64,000 nt of DNA from Amphiscolops sp. MND2022 (Eukaryota), in NCBI GenBank assembly GCA_964187785.1, contig OZ076409.1, forward strand, positions 60,700,001 to 60,764,000, written 5' to 3'. The notes under the pieces are model-generated. The model saw only the letters and a program-made list of their open reading frames with translations, did no database searches and had not been told where the DNA came from. A program made the translations under genes and the position numbers. Positions 24,088 to 37,251 of this stretch are shown piece by piece. How positions within the stretch are numbered: the first letter of the stretch is position 1; every line of letters starts with the position of its first letter.

Positions 24088-27000
24088 AATAACAAACATA
24101 TAAACTCTAAAATTAAGCCCCTCTTTGCGGGCAGGTATGAAACAGAACAATTTAAGAACAGTTACAATATAGTGGATGCTTACATATTAGGCAGGATCGC
24201 CTACGCCAGTTTCAGTACATTAAATATTATTTGTACCGGAGATGAAATTTCTAATAATGGCATAGTCATCAGAGATGAAAAGATCAAAAGAATTGAGATG
24301 AAAGGGTCTGAAATTACGATAATCTGGACAGTAGAAGAAATAGTGGTAGCTGTTCTGCTCTGACGTTCCACAAATACACATGGGCGATGGTGTGCGGCTC
24401 AGTTTCCATAAGTTTTCAGCAAATCTTCGTGAGCTTCCGATGAGAAGATCGCTTGTCATATTGGCAATCAAATGGTTTCCGTCTAGTAAAGGTGAATGAA
24501 TCATTTCTTGTGGTAAGTTGGAAATGAAATTCCTGAGGAAATTGTCATTATACGGACTGTTCCATCTGCGGTTCCAGTTATCCCTGATGAAGGCATTGAT
24601 GGAGTCCCGAGTGTAAGAATGAGACATAAGAGTTCTTTCAAAGTTTGCTTTGGAGAAGGGAGGAGAGACTACTTGGTCTTTTCAAGGTTTTGACATGCGT
24701 CGCGGTAACTAAATCATCTTTATTCACTGCTTTGAATAAAAATTTATTTTCAATTGAAGAACAATAAATATCTAAAGGAGAAATCATCGTCAACACTTCA
24801 CTGCTGTGTTTCATTATGGAGCGAATGATTCGATTTTGTACAATCTGTAGGCTTGCATAGTTTGTTTGGTCCCATATTGGCTCCGCATATAGTAACTGTG
24901 GTCTGATTATGGTTTTAAACAGATAGGCTTGTGTTGGTATACTGAGGCCCCACCTGTTAGAGTATTTACTCTCAAGGTAGCCTCCAGCTAGTTGAAGCTT
25001 TCGAGGCCGTAATAGACCTATGCTCTCTATAGGTGAGATTAGTGTCTATAGTTAAGCCCAGAGATTTAGTAGTTTGCTTCGTCTTGCATCGCTCCCCGTT
25101 GAGAAGGATTGGCTCAGTGTTGTCAGCCAAGCAATTCAAAAGAAGTAGCTCAGTTTTAGACCCATTAACTACCATTCTCCACTTTTTGCACCAAAACTCT
25201 ATATTATGACAAATAGCTTGTAGAGCTGAATGTAAGGTATCTGTGTTAAAACCAGCGATGATAGCCGAGCTGTCATCTGCAAATTTGAACTTTACATCGA
25301 CTTCGGATAAGAAGTCACTGAGTTAAAAAATAAAAAGAAGAGGGAAAAGCACACTGACTTGGGGAAGACCAACATTAATATCGAAAAGTTCAGTGTAATG
25401 GCCGTTGATATCAATGAATCCCTTCCAATTGCTAAGAAAGGATGATATGATAGATAGCAGCCTGTGGGGCAAATTCGCCGATTCAAGTTTATAAAGCAGA
25501 CTTTGGACCCAAACGCTATCAAACGCCTTTACCAGATCAATATTCAGTGGTGCAGTCGGCTTTTTCGAGCGCTTTGCTTCCTCTAATACGAGATGCAAAC
25601 GATACAAAGAACGGGTTGTGCTCCGATGAGTCCTGAAACCTTCTTATTCTTCATCAAGGATTTTGTGAGTTTCGAAGTGAAGCTTCAGTCTAGCAGAAAT
25701 CATTCTCTCAAATAATTTTCCAACATGGTTAGAAATAGATAATGGTCTATAGCTGGAGCATTGTTCATAGGATTTTTTTCCCGGCTTTTTTATAAGAGTG
25801 ATCCTAGATATGTTCCAAGGCCATGTGGATGTGATCCAACATGTGTTGAACAGGAAGAGCAATAAATTTTTCATGTTGGCTCCCAGTTTTTTCAGCATAG
25901 TAACATGAATCATGTCATTGTCAAATGAAGAAAATCGGCAATTTTTCAAGGCATCTTTAGTTCGACCATACTAAAATCACGGTCAAGCTCATGCCATAAC
26001 TCAGGTATAGTTTAATCAACAGTTGGTTGCCAGTCATGGAAATCGTTTCCTTCAAGATGCCTGCCTTCGAAAAAAAAATTGCGAAATTCTTGTGAAATGG
26101 ACATTGGATCGCACAAAAGCTCGCCATTTTTGTTTCTGAAATGCCAATATTCTCAAACTTATCTTTGAAAGTCTCTTATGACGTTTCCAGAATTCTCTAC
26201 CTTTTTTGGGCTCAAGCTGCTCTAGTTGATTACGTATCCACGTTGATGCAGACTCGCTCAAAAGGTCTTTGAAAAGCTCACTCTTTTCTTTCAAATCTTC
26301 GCCATTCGAGTAAATGGAACTGCGTTTAATTTTTCTTCTTGCTTCCCGCAATGATTTACTCGCCTCTTCCAGCTTGGTATTCCACAAAAGTTTGCTATGT
26401 TTCGATACAGTTTTTGAGGGAATGAAACACTGTGAGGCGTGGGCGATAAGTGACTTAGTGAATATCCAGGGTTCTCAGCTTGATTGCTGGGAACAGTGTA
26501 GCTATTCTGCTCCAGAATCAACGACCAATTGTCCCAATCGGCTATCCATGGTTTAGACTTGTTGTTATTGCTTCAGATACTGACTCGAATTCTACTGTGA
26601 CTGATATGCGGCCTCTTTTTGGAGCACCCGAAAAAAGCTCAACATCCTTGTCTACTGATTTTCTATTTGGAATGTCACATATAGAGCCGCAACAAATTAT
26701 CAGATCAATTACACTAGATCCATTTTTAGCCAAAAAAAGTGGGCTCAGGTCCATTTAAGATGGCGAAATCAGTTCCAATGTAATCTTCAAGGTGGGTTTC
26801 ATGTGAATTATCAGTGTTGTCACCCCAAGCGACATTTCGGGCGTTGCAATCGCCAATGAAAATTCCTCCATTTATTGCATTAGATATACAATAGGACTTC
26901 AAGATCCCTAGAGAGTTTATGAAATGTTGCAGTTTTTCTGGAGAGTTGGGTTGAATATATGCTGTGACAATGACAACCTTTTTTTCCATTTAAAACAGTC

Positions 27001-28138
27001 ACAATTCAAATGCTGTCAAAATGAATATTTTCGAGATCATATATTCGTAGATAAGGAAGGCTGGAATGTATAAGCATGGCAACACCTTGGCTGTTGTTTC
27101 CATTGATAGCTGGTACCACGGTGTAATTATCGAATTTATCACTAGTCATGTCCTTTTTCGTTTCGTTGATGCATAAGACATACGGATGCGTAATGTTGAT
27201 GAATTTATTCAGAGCGATCTGTCTATGGTTGCTCATTCCACAAATGTTAATCTGGGATAACTTGATGTTTCGTCTATACATACAGGGAAGCAACACGTTT
27301 TTTGACAGAGATTGGTATTTCTACTCCGAGTGCATTGTATACCGTTATTAATTGTCTGAGAAAGGCTGTGCAGCTTGTTGAGTCGGACGTGTGAGCTTCG
27401 CTGCAATTGACGCAATTGGTGTTTCATAGTGCAATCTTTGCATTTGTGAATACCGGTGCAGTGTCCACACGCTATGTCAGACTTACTGTTTATACCAATA
27501 TGTCCAAATTTTTGACATTTGAAGTAGCGTATAAATTTGAATTCCTGTTTGAATGAATTTTTGCGTTCTGTATTAGATGTTGTCAACAAAAATGCCTTCA
27601 TTCAGTGCTTTCTTATGCAGTTGGCTCGATTTGAATACTATTTTGACCGTACCCAACGGAGTTCTGTCTTTTTTTCACAAATCGCGTAGCGGTTGAATCC
27701 GGGTAAGTTTCTTCGATGGAGTCAATTATATCTTGCTCAGTCAACTCTATTGGAACATCACGAATCAAAACTGCTCTCAGGGGCCTCTCAGGTTGATTAG
27801 CTTTCCTTATCTAAGTTTTTTCACCGAAGCAGTTTTTGTTCCACTTATTGAGTACTTCCGACGCCTTTTCAGATGACATAAACTGAAGGTGAATATTTCC
27901 ACGGGCCGTATTGAACGAACACACCAGTCTTCTCAGTGGAAAATATATTGCAAATTCTTTTTTGATTGTCATACTATCCCGAAAATTTTGTCGGATTAGC
28001 TATGAGGATTGTTTGCGGGTCTCTTTCTGTTTTTTCTACGTTCTTTGGTGACTTTGTGTGCAGCTTGTGTTTGACTACATCAGCATTTGCATGTTGATTG
28101 TATTCAGATTCGTTCAAGGCTTCTGTTTGTGGCTTATA
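24088..28138 (-). mobile_element. Near full-length degraded APE-type LINE (LINE-A; gag-knuckle ORF1, EN, RT, C-terminal Zn finger)
   Basis: FKCQKFGH...CGHCTGIH knuckles; QINICG, INET, GDCNA (EN); SYRPLS, IDLVKAFDSV, GLPQ, FADD (RT); CICG...HYFFYC. Confidence 0.9.
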
Positions 28139-28577
28139 TATATAAAAATTCTAGCAAAGAATGCCTCTATTTGCAGGACATGATTATACAAATATATGAA
28201 GTTTACAAATGATCATGATTTCTTTGCGTCAGGTGAGTTTTAGTTTTCACAAATTACAGAAACGGGACGATTTTTTGAAAGAGTCCAACAGGTTAATCAT
28301 ATCACTATGGCTTCTTTTTCTTATTAGTCCTTCAAATGATCCAAATTTTAAGTGCTCCTCTCTCAAGTTATTGCAAAAACTGCAGTAAAAGATAAAATGC
28401 GTAGACGTCTCCTCGTGGTTGCAGATACAGTGTGGTGACGATGTTCATGATACTTGGTATTGAAAGTCTCGTAGATTGCATTGGTTTGTGAGCATCTCAA
28501 TTATCAAATTGGTAGCAAGTTTGCTGAAAGATCTTGGTATCAAAGGTTCTGTCGATTCTATTTGAGGGAAAGATTTA

Positions 28578-29176
28578 CTTATGAATAATGATGAAAAGTT
28601 GGTTTTGACAACCTGTACAAGCTCCAAAAATGGGACGCTGAACTATTTAATTGTGCTTACAAAAGTCTGAAAAAGTACTCCCCGAGACATTGGGTTGTCT
28701 GACAAAATAATTTTTTGTATGCTGAACTTTTGATGTTTTGCTGTGGTGACATTGAACTGAATCCAGGTCCTGAGATGTGCTACGAATACTTTGTCAAAGT
28801 TTCTGAGAAGTATAAAAACAACTTACGCTTTGTTCGTCTGAATTTCCAAGATCTATCTAAAAAGCCAATCCAATTGAAGTCTTTTATCAACGACATGGGC
28901 AAAACGCTATTATTGGGATTTCTGAAAGTTGACTCACTACCAACGATAAAATATCTTCATGTAATGTGTCTCCAAAAACTCATAAACTTTTCAGACGTGA
29001 CAGAAGTTCAACTAACTGTAAGTAGGGTGGAGGAGTAATGCTTTTGTACCCTTGAAACTAGCTAGCTCTCAGGGAACGTGATGATTCAAATCTTTTCGAT
29101 AACTCAACTTTTGAATCGCTATGGGTAGAATGTCGCTGTAGTTTTTTAAAAACCGTGAGTCTAAAATACTCTTGAA
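28578..29176 (+). mobile_element. L2/CR1-like LINE fragment, copy 1 (ORF1 end, 2A-like motif, EN start)
   Basis: Near-identical to 34522-34890 plus 37010-37250, and to 39274-39876. Confidence 0.85.
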
Positions 29177-30944
29177 TATATGTCCACACGGGGATTACCA
29201 CGCAATTCATAAGTTTCAAAATGGTGGAAGGCGTGATGAATTGATTTTGTACAAGAGGTTCCAAAACTCCATGGCTTTTTCTGCTTTTCTCGAATTGTGC
29301 TCGAAAATTCAGTTTGTTATCGATTTTGATACTGAGCGCTGTTGACTCTGTCGCGAACTTTATTGTGTTTCCTTGCAACACTATATTCTTTGTAGGTTCT
29401 CGGATTTCTTCACGGATACTTGAAAAGATGACAACTTCTGTTTTCGTCACCGAGATTTTAAGACGCCACTTTCCAATCCATTTTGTAATTTCTTCGCAAT
29501 CTTTTTGAAGATGCGAAAGAACTTCTTCTATCGAGTCACCTGCTGAAACATGTGTGGCGTCATCGGCGTACTTTTCAGTTTTACCTTTGCATTCTTGGAA
29601 CATTTCTGCAATGTAAAAGATAAATAAGATTAGGGAGAGAATGCTTCCTTGAGGGAGGCCAACTTCTGGCTGGAAGCTTTCTGATCGGTTCTCGTCTATA
29701 TCGATGTAAACGTTTCTGTTTCGTAGATAATGGTCAATGATGTTCAAAATGTAGCTGTTTATTCCTGCTTCACGGAGTTTGTACATGAGACCGTCAATCC
29801 AAATCGAGTCGAATGCTTTCTCGAGGTCGATGAAAAGGGCAGCCGCCACTTTTCCTCGCTGAATAATATTTTGAATATTGTCTAAGAGTTTATAAATGCA
29901 TCTACCAGTGCCTCTCTGTTTTTTTATTCCTTCTTGGCTGTCATCGATCAGTCCGTTTGCCTCCAAGTCGTTTCTCAATCGTCTCTCTATTATGCGTTCA
30001 AACAGCTTTCCTACGTAGGAAGTGAGTGTAATTGGTCTGTAGCTGTTTGCGATATTATAGTCATCTTTGTGAGGTTTTCGGAGGAAAATGACTTTACCTA
30101 AACTCGAAATGTAGGTGCCTGCATGTAAGCAGAGGTCAAAAAGCTTGAGGCAGGCAGTTTTGAAGAAAGTTCCGGTGTGACGAAGCATGAGTGGATGTAT
30201 GCCATCTGGGTCGGAACTTCTTTCTTATTTGAGATTCCTTCAGAGCGTTGTCAAGTTCTTCTTCTCTTATCTGTATGCTCGGTGGTTGCAAATAATCCGG
30301 ATGGAGATTTGCCGTGACTTTGTCTTCGTCATTTCTCAGCCAAGATTCGTCAAACATATTTCCGCGAAGGTGACTGTCGAAGAAAAACGTAGAGCGAAGA
30401 TGTTCAAACTTATCAGCGTCACTATCTAGAACTTTGCCATTTGAAATAAAACATCCCCTTGGTATTGTTTCTCTGGTACGAGTAAACAAATTTTTGGCTT
30501 TCCAGAAATCTGAGCCCTTGCTGGCGTTTAGGGTTTCTGCACAAGTTTTATAATGCTCAGCTTTAGACTTCATCAAGGTAGTCTGAAATTGTCGTTTGAG
30601 GATTTCGTAATTGAAGGTTTTATGGGGTCCGATCTGAGTTTCATTTTTTCTGGCTTTTCGGAGTTGAAGTGAATGCATTTTCAACTCTTCATTAAAGTAT
30701 GGCTTTGAGTGTGAAGTGATTTGCTTGAGAGGTATAGTAAGATTGGCTGCTTCGCTGATACTTTGCAGCAGGATGCCCCATAAACATGTAGCATCATAGC
30801 ATTCGCCAATTTCAGGCCATCGAGATTGAACGCAATTTTCTAGGGTTTCCCTCCATTTTTCCCAGTCGGTTTTCTTGAGGTCTTTTACATGAGTGGATCT
30901 GCTGTTTCCTGCGATGTCGAATGTGGCAATAACTAGGTAATGGC

Positions 30945-31504
30945 GGTTACCAGTCACTTGGCTTAATACCATTTGGCTTAATTTTTTCGTCGAGTCATTT
31001 GGCTTAAAAATTTTAAGCCAAGTGACCACAAAATTAAGCCAACTCCATTCCAACTCAAGGAATAAATATGTCAACTCCCGGAAATATCATAATGTGGGGC
31101 ATATGCGGTGTATGCACGCTCGCCCTCACCGTCGCAAAGACCAGCTCCCACTACGATCGCTTCGCGATCTTCGTTCCCGCTAGGTCTTTGCTCCTGTTCG
31201 ACCTCGCTTAGCAAGATGGAAATATAAGCGGCCCCAAGGGGCCGCAGGGCACTAGAGGAAATGGGGACATACCCGAGGGGTACTTGATATGACATGTTAT
31301 AATAATACGCTGACTACGTTATAAAGATAAATTCGACAAAATCTGCCACGTGTTTTCAACTAAGTGGTTTTTAAGTCAAATGACTTTTTAAGCCAAGTGA
31401 CCAATACCCGAGACACTTAGCTTAAAAAAATTAAGCCAAGTGACCAATTGTATTAAGCCAAGTGACTTTAAGCCAAATGGCATTAAGCCAAGTGACCATT
31501 TACC
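30945..31504. mobile_element. MITE with TTAAGCCAAGTGAC subrepeats, inserted in LINE-B
   Basis: ~37-bp TIRs; 8-bp TSD GTAATGGC (30937-30944, 31505-31512); removal restores LINE peptide YTGAPNRGHYLV. Confidence 0.9.
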
Positions 31505-33149
31505 GTAATGGCCTCTGTTTGGGGCGCCAGTGTACATTTCATTGTTTGTGGCTTGAGATATGATAGCTTGGATTTGGCTTCCTCTGCTATAGTTAAATTT
31601 TCTTCAATTTTTTGTTTGTTAATCTCTTGTTGTTTAGTACTCTCCAGTAAAAGTTTATGATTCTCTGCAAACTTCGACTCTTGCTCACGAAGGATTTTGT
31701 CCATTCTCGAGATGGAAGTCTTCGAATTCACAATGTCAAGAACTGGCTGACATTCATTGGAATACCAGAAAAGGGAACTGTATTTAGAGATAATAGGAAG
31801 ATGTTCCACTTCGATGTCGGCACACGATGCGTGATACCAATCATTGCAATTGTCACATCCGATGGAGTGATTGTTATCATGGGATATTTTTTTTGGCATT
31901 AATGGAATTTGTTATCTGAGTTTGAATTGAATCTGGATTTTTTGTCAGGCATGGTTGTAACAAGGGAGGGAAGAGCACACGGCCTGTATTGATAGATTAG
32001 GATAGATAAAGGAACGAACAGAATATAGTTGAGCCTGTAGCCTTTTTGCAAACCAGTCAAGGTCCAATCCAGGTCCGCAAGCAATCAATTCCTTGTAGCC
32101 GTTTGCAACCAGTTAAGGTCCAATCCAGGTCCTCGAGATCCGAAGATGTGTGCAACAACCAGATGTGTTCACGATTTCAATCAACGTCTCTGAAACTATT
32201 TATTAAGTTTATCACAATTAGGTTTGCTAAATACTAATTAATATATAATTTCTAGGAAAGAATGCCTCTATCTGCAGGCCATGATTATACAAGTATATGA
32301 AATTTACAAATGATCATGATTTCTTGGCATCAGGTGAGTTTTAGTTTTCACAAATTACAATCCACTAATTACTAATTACAATCCACTAATTACAAATACC
32401 CAACCCAATTAGTGAATGGACCCCAAATACCCAACCCATTATCCAGGGCACCCAACCCAAATACGCAATTAGTCGAGTTTACCCCCCAAATACCGCGAAC
32501 CACCCAAATACCCAACCAATTAGTGGTTGTACCTCAAATACCCAAATAGTGAATCTGCAACCCAAATATCAACCCAATTAATCGGCAACCCTGGTCGGGG
32601 CTGAGTGCGGGGTATGTTCTTAATATAGCCTTTTATTTATAGTAAAAGGAAATTGACATACTACCACTACTATTCCGGATCAGTTCCGTTATGTCCGCTA
32701 GTGCTTGCAATGTACTCATTTTTGATCTGAATCCGAATTCAAGCTTTTTTGAAACTTGTTTCTACCAGTCGACTGGGATAGTGGCTGGTATGAGTAGTTT
32801 GTTAGTTGTTTTTTCGTGATACTTGTCTACTGGAATAGTGGCAGGTATGGGGTTTCCTCCTTTCGTTGCAGACTACGAGTGTGTGTCTTTTCACCCCAAC
32901 ATGATGACACACATGGCATATGATTGATGACGAAGATCTATGATATCTGATAGAAAAAACTTATGGTGAACAATCGTGAACTTTTTTGTATCGTTTGCGT
33001 TGTTTTTCTAGATGAAAATGAACGTTTCGCGTCAAATATGTTCCTCCAAGTGCGATAGAATTATGTGACAATTCTGCCTTCACGCATTCAATTGGTACCT
33101 AATCTCATTTTTATCAATCTTTGTTATTCTCTTTGTCGTCCCGAATATA

Positions 33150-33323
33150 ATGATTTGCCACCAAGAAGTTTTAATGTGGTTTCTTCCCACGATCCTGTGT
33201 ATCACACTGGTAGCTGTTCTACAAGTTCATGTTGAAGCGAAGAATATCGTTTTGGAATCAAGATCTGCCCAATCTGAAGTCCAATCTCTCGCAGAAAGAC
33301 ATGATTTCCTGGTGATCAAACGG
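33150..33323 (+). CDS. Proprotein convertase (S8B kexin/furin family) exon 1: signal peptide and start of prodomain
   Basis: Hydrophobic signal LMWFLPTILCITLVAVLQVHVEA; prodomain-like LAERHDF; donor CGG|GTTAGT in phase 0, matching exon 2. Confidence 0.7.
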
Positions 33324-33534
33324 GTTAGTGAATTAGCAATCGTTCAGCTCTGTTAAATGAAAAGATGGAACATGAAGGAGCTCCCGGTTGATAATACAAA
33401 TCTAAATGAATGATAATACAAATACACTGAACCAATCAAATTTTAAACTTTCAAAGCTGTAGGAAATATTGGAGAATCTGCAACTGATTCATTCCAATCT
33501 TTCGAAGTATGATTGCCCTTTTCCCTACATGAAT

Positions 33535-33610
33535 TGCGCTCGGCGGTTAAGGCGGATTTTCAGGTGTGTCGACGACCTGAGAAGCAGAAATACGGGGTTC
33601 GAGTCCCGCA
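33535..33610 (+). repeat. tRNA-derived (SINE-like) sequence
   Basis: A-box-like GGCGGTTAAG and B box GGTTCGAGTCCC followed by a T-run; no clean cloverleaf. Confidence 0.45.
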
Positions 33611-34069
33611 TTTTTTTTTAGTTTTTCGGCATTATGCTAATTTTTTAAACCGAATTCCTTCGTTTTTTTTCAGCTCAAAAAAGTCGTTCACGAGCGTAGA
33701 GGGACACCTTAGGTTTTTTGGCTTACTGAACCATTTTTTGAGAATTAAACAAAATTTCTATACTATTTTTAGATTTTGAGGTCTTCTGTGGGACTAAGAA
33801 GAGGTTTCTCAATAATTGTGGAAAAGACCTTCTTCAAGTTGTTGTGATGAACTTATTAAATAGCCTCGGCTGTTTTATAAGTCTTTTCAGATTAATTGTT
33901 AAAACGACCATCAAGATGCGTCCATCTCGTACAAATTAAACCTCAGCGCAAAACACAGCGAAGAAAGGTAATCATCTGGTCGAATGCACAGGGCCCGGAG
34001 TTGATGGGAGCGGCTGTGTCATCTGGACCAACAGCTGGGTACCAACGTTGATTCCCAAAAACTTTAGGC

Positions 34070-37000
34070 CTTTCCTCTGTGCCCTTGAGGAACTCAAAAA
34101 GATCAATGTTCTGCTGCTGGGGATATGTCTCCTGTCATCGAGGCTGACAGCATTGAACAATACGGGCGCGGAGAAAATGTAAGGATATTTGTTGTGGAGG
34201 AGGAACCGGGCGAAGACGATTTGCAAAGGTGGTTAGTGTGGCTGAGAAAACAGGTGTGTCAATAACAAAAAATGATGTTAGTATCTGCCATCACTTACCA
34301 AGTGGTGGTACTGGCCCTAAACCACTGATTGCCAAGTTTGTAAGACGAGAAACTAAACACCAACATATGAAGAACAAAAGGAATTTACAAACACCAACAT
34401 CTTTGTCAATGATGATCTCACCCCCCTTCGTGCTAAATTAACACGTTATTTGAGGAAAAGAGATAATGTTCGCATTGTGGTTAGTTAACGAAAGAATAAT
34501 TCATAAAAAAATAAAAATTTTATTCATGAATAATGATGAAAAGTTGGTTTTGACAACCTGTACAAGCTCCAAAAATGGGACGCTGAACTATTTAATTGTG
34601 CTTACAAAAGTCTGAAAAAGTACTCCCCGAGACATTGGGTTATCTGACAAAATAATTTTTTTGTATGCTGAACTTGTTTTGCTGTGGTGACATTGAACTG
34701 AATCCAGGTCCTGAGATGAGCTACGAATACTTTGTCAAAGTTTCTGAGAAGTATAAAAACAACTTACGCTTTGTTCGTCTGAATTTCCAAGATCTATCTA
34801 AAAAGCAAATCCAATTGAAGTCTTTTGTCAACGACATGGGCAAAACGCTATTATTGGGATTTCTGAAAGTTGACTCACTACCAACGATAAAAAAACGACC
34901 TATGAAAGTCCTGAGGTTGAGGGCATTCTGCTAATCGATGCTCAAAATGCATTTAACAGCCTCAACAGAGAACTAGCGCTGAAAAATATCGACAAACTGT
35001 GCCCCTCCCTATCCCAAGCCATCGGGAACTCGTACTCCACGCCATCCGACCTGTACATTAACCGGAGCACAGTAAAATCTCAAGAAGGTACAACCCAGGG
35101 CGATCCACTGGCCATGGCCATGTACGGTATAGCCATTCTTCCTCTCATTAAACGAGTAATGTCTGACAACGTCACTCAAAAATGGTATGCCGATAATGGA
35201 AATGCTGCAGGATCAATTCCTTTGCTATCAAAGCTATACCACGACCTTAAGGAGATTGGACCTCATTTCGGTTACAAGGTCATCAAATGCCATCTCATTA
35301 CAAAACCCGACTTCGAACAGAGAGCAAGAGATTTATTTGCAAACGAGGACGTGGAAGTAATAAATGGCCATAGAGTCCTTGGCTCTGTAATCGGAACTGA
35401 GGAGCGCTGCCAAGAATTTTTCGACGAAAAAAGCAACACTTACTCGAAACTGCTGAAAAAGCTATCAAAGCATGCAAAGGTCGCACCCCAAAACGTTTAC
35501 AAAGCCTTCACAAACGGGGTCCAACAAAAACTTACCTTTATTACCCGTACCACACCCAAATCCGAAGACCTAATCGAGAAAACTGAGAAGTTTATCACCG
35601 ACGACCTCATACCATCTTTGGTCAGCCACCCAACATACAATGAGAAATATCGAAAAATATTCTCGCTTCCTGTTCGTAAAGGGGGCCTCAGCATCCTCTT
35701 ACCCGAGGACAGAGCTCACGAATACGAGCGGTCACTGAAAATAACTAAACCCTTCGAAAATATGCACGATCACACTGACATCGATGCAGAGCAAATGCAA
35801 ATCGCCAAAAACATCAAAAGAGAAAAAATCGAAATGTCAAAATCAAAAGAAAACGAAATCGACGCTTTACTCACAAAAGACGAAAAGTACGCAATAAAAC
35901 TGGCCAAAGAAAAGGGCGCCTCCTGCTGGCTCAATGCCCTGCCGCTTAAGAAATATCACTTCGACTTAACAAAAAGTGAATTTCGCGACGGCATAGCGCT
36001 GCGATACGGATGGGAACCAGTTAAACTTCCGAGTAACTGTGCTTGCAACGAACCATTCACAGTATCCCACGCATTGCACTGCCCTAAAGGTGGTTACACC
36101 CACATCAGACACAATGACATCGTGATTCCTTCGCCAATCTCCTGAACGAAGTATGCGACGATGTCGAAATCGAGCCTTGTCTTCAGACTTTGCAAGGCGA
36201 AGCCTTCGCAAATAGAACTACCACTACTGATGACGATGCCCGCCTCGACATTCGAGCAAATGGTCTGTGGGAGAATAGATTCTCGAAGACTTTCTTCGAC
36301 GTGAAGATTTTCAATCCTCACGCAAGAACATGTCCAAAAGACATTGGCGGAGCATACAAAATGCACGAACAAGTAAAAAAGCTAAAATACGAACAACGAA
36401 TCCGAGAAGTCGAACATGCCACCTTCAATCCGCTCGTCTTCTCCTGCACTGGAGGAGCAGGCCCATCCGCGTCAAAGGTAATCAAGCGGATAGCAGGAAA
36501 ACTGAGCGACAAAAAGGAGGATTCCTACTCGGACATCATCACTTATATCCGGACAAAAATCAGCTTCGCGCTTTTGCGAAGTTCCATTCTGTGTATCCGT
36601 GGCTCGCGTTCGCTGCGTCGTCGTGGGATAGTTGAAGCCTCGATAGGAACTGTCGTTGAGGAAGGTAGACTGCTGATCTAATATAAAATGCCTTAGTGCT
36701 ATTCACATGACGTGCTTTCAAGCTAGACATTTATATTTGATGCTATTTTTATTTTGATAAATTTAGGAGCCTCCACTTGTTTAATTCAATTGATAATTTT
36801 TTACTAATAATTGTAAGTTATTGGGGGTCGTCGTTGACACCTGGGGAGGCTTCGGGCTTGGAGCGTATCGGTGCCACCCTTCATTTCTAGACTGCCCACC
36901 ATTTAATTTCGGGCTACACATTTAAAAATCATCCATCCTAAAACGTGGCCCCGATGCGCACGACCCCTTGTATTTTTCCTGAAAAATAAGGAAAGATGAA

Positions 37001-37251
37001 AGAAAAAAAACCAACGATGAAATATCTTCATGTAATGTGGCTCCGAAAACTCAGAAACTTTCCAGACGTGACAGAAGTTCAACTAACTGTAAGTAGGGTG
37101 GAGGAGTAATGCTTTTTGTACCCTTGAAACTAGCTAGCTCCCAGGGAACGTGATGGTTCAAATCTTTTCGATAACTCAACTTTTGAATCGCTATGGGTAG
37201 AATGTCGCTGTAGTTTTTTAAAAACCGTGAGTCTAAAATACTCTTGAATAT
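34070..37251 (+). mobile_element. L2/CR1-like LINE fragment, copy 2, interrupted by an RLE retrotransposon
   Basis: ORF1 DVSICHHLP...KPLIAKFVRRETK; GDIELNPGP; duplicate of 38820-39878. Confidence 0.85.
34893..37009 (+). mobile_element. 5'-truncated RLE-type (CRE-like) non-LTR retrotransposon
   Basis: RT IDAQNAFNSLNR, GTTQGDPLAM, WYADNG; CACNEPFTVSHALHC...RHN; RLE RLDI...FFDV...KKLKY; one frameshift near 36125; A-rich tail; TSD ACCAACGAT(A/G)AAA at 34880 and 37010. Confidence 0.9.

Larger units (their letters stand above)
28139..32235 (-). mobile_element. Degraded APE-type LINE (LINE-B; PHD-finger ORF1, internal deletion of most of EN, RT, 3' Zn finger), interrupted by an L2-like fragment and a MITE
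   Basis: PHD IGCDNCNDWYHASC; RT IDLEKAFDS, GLPQGSILS, YADD (29177-30190); 3' CICNHEETSTHFIFYC near 28380-28435. Confidence 0.88.
24039..32593. mobile_element. hAT-type non-autonomous element split by ~8.2 kb of nested LINEs
   Basis: TIR CAGGGTTGCC / GGCAACCCTG; 8-bp TSD GTCGGTGC / GTCGGGGC (1 mismatch); ACCCAATTA/AAATACCC subrepeats near the ends. Confidence 0.75.
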
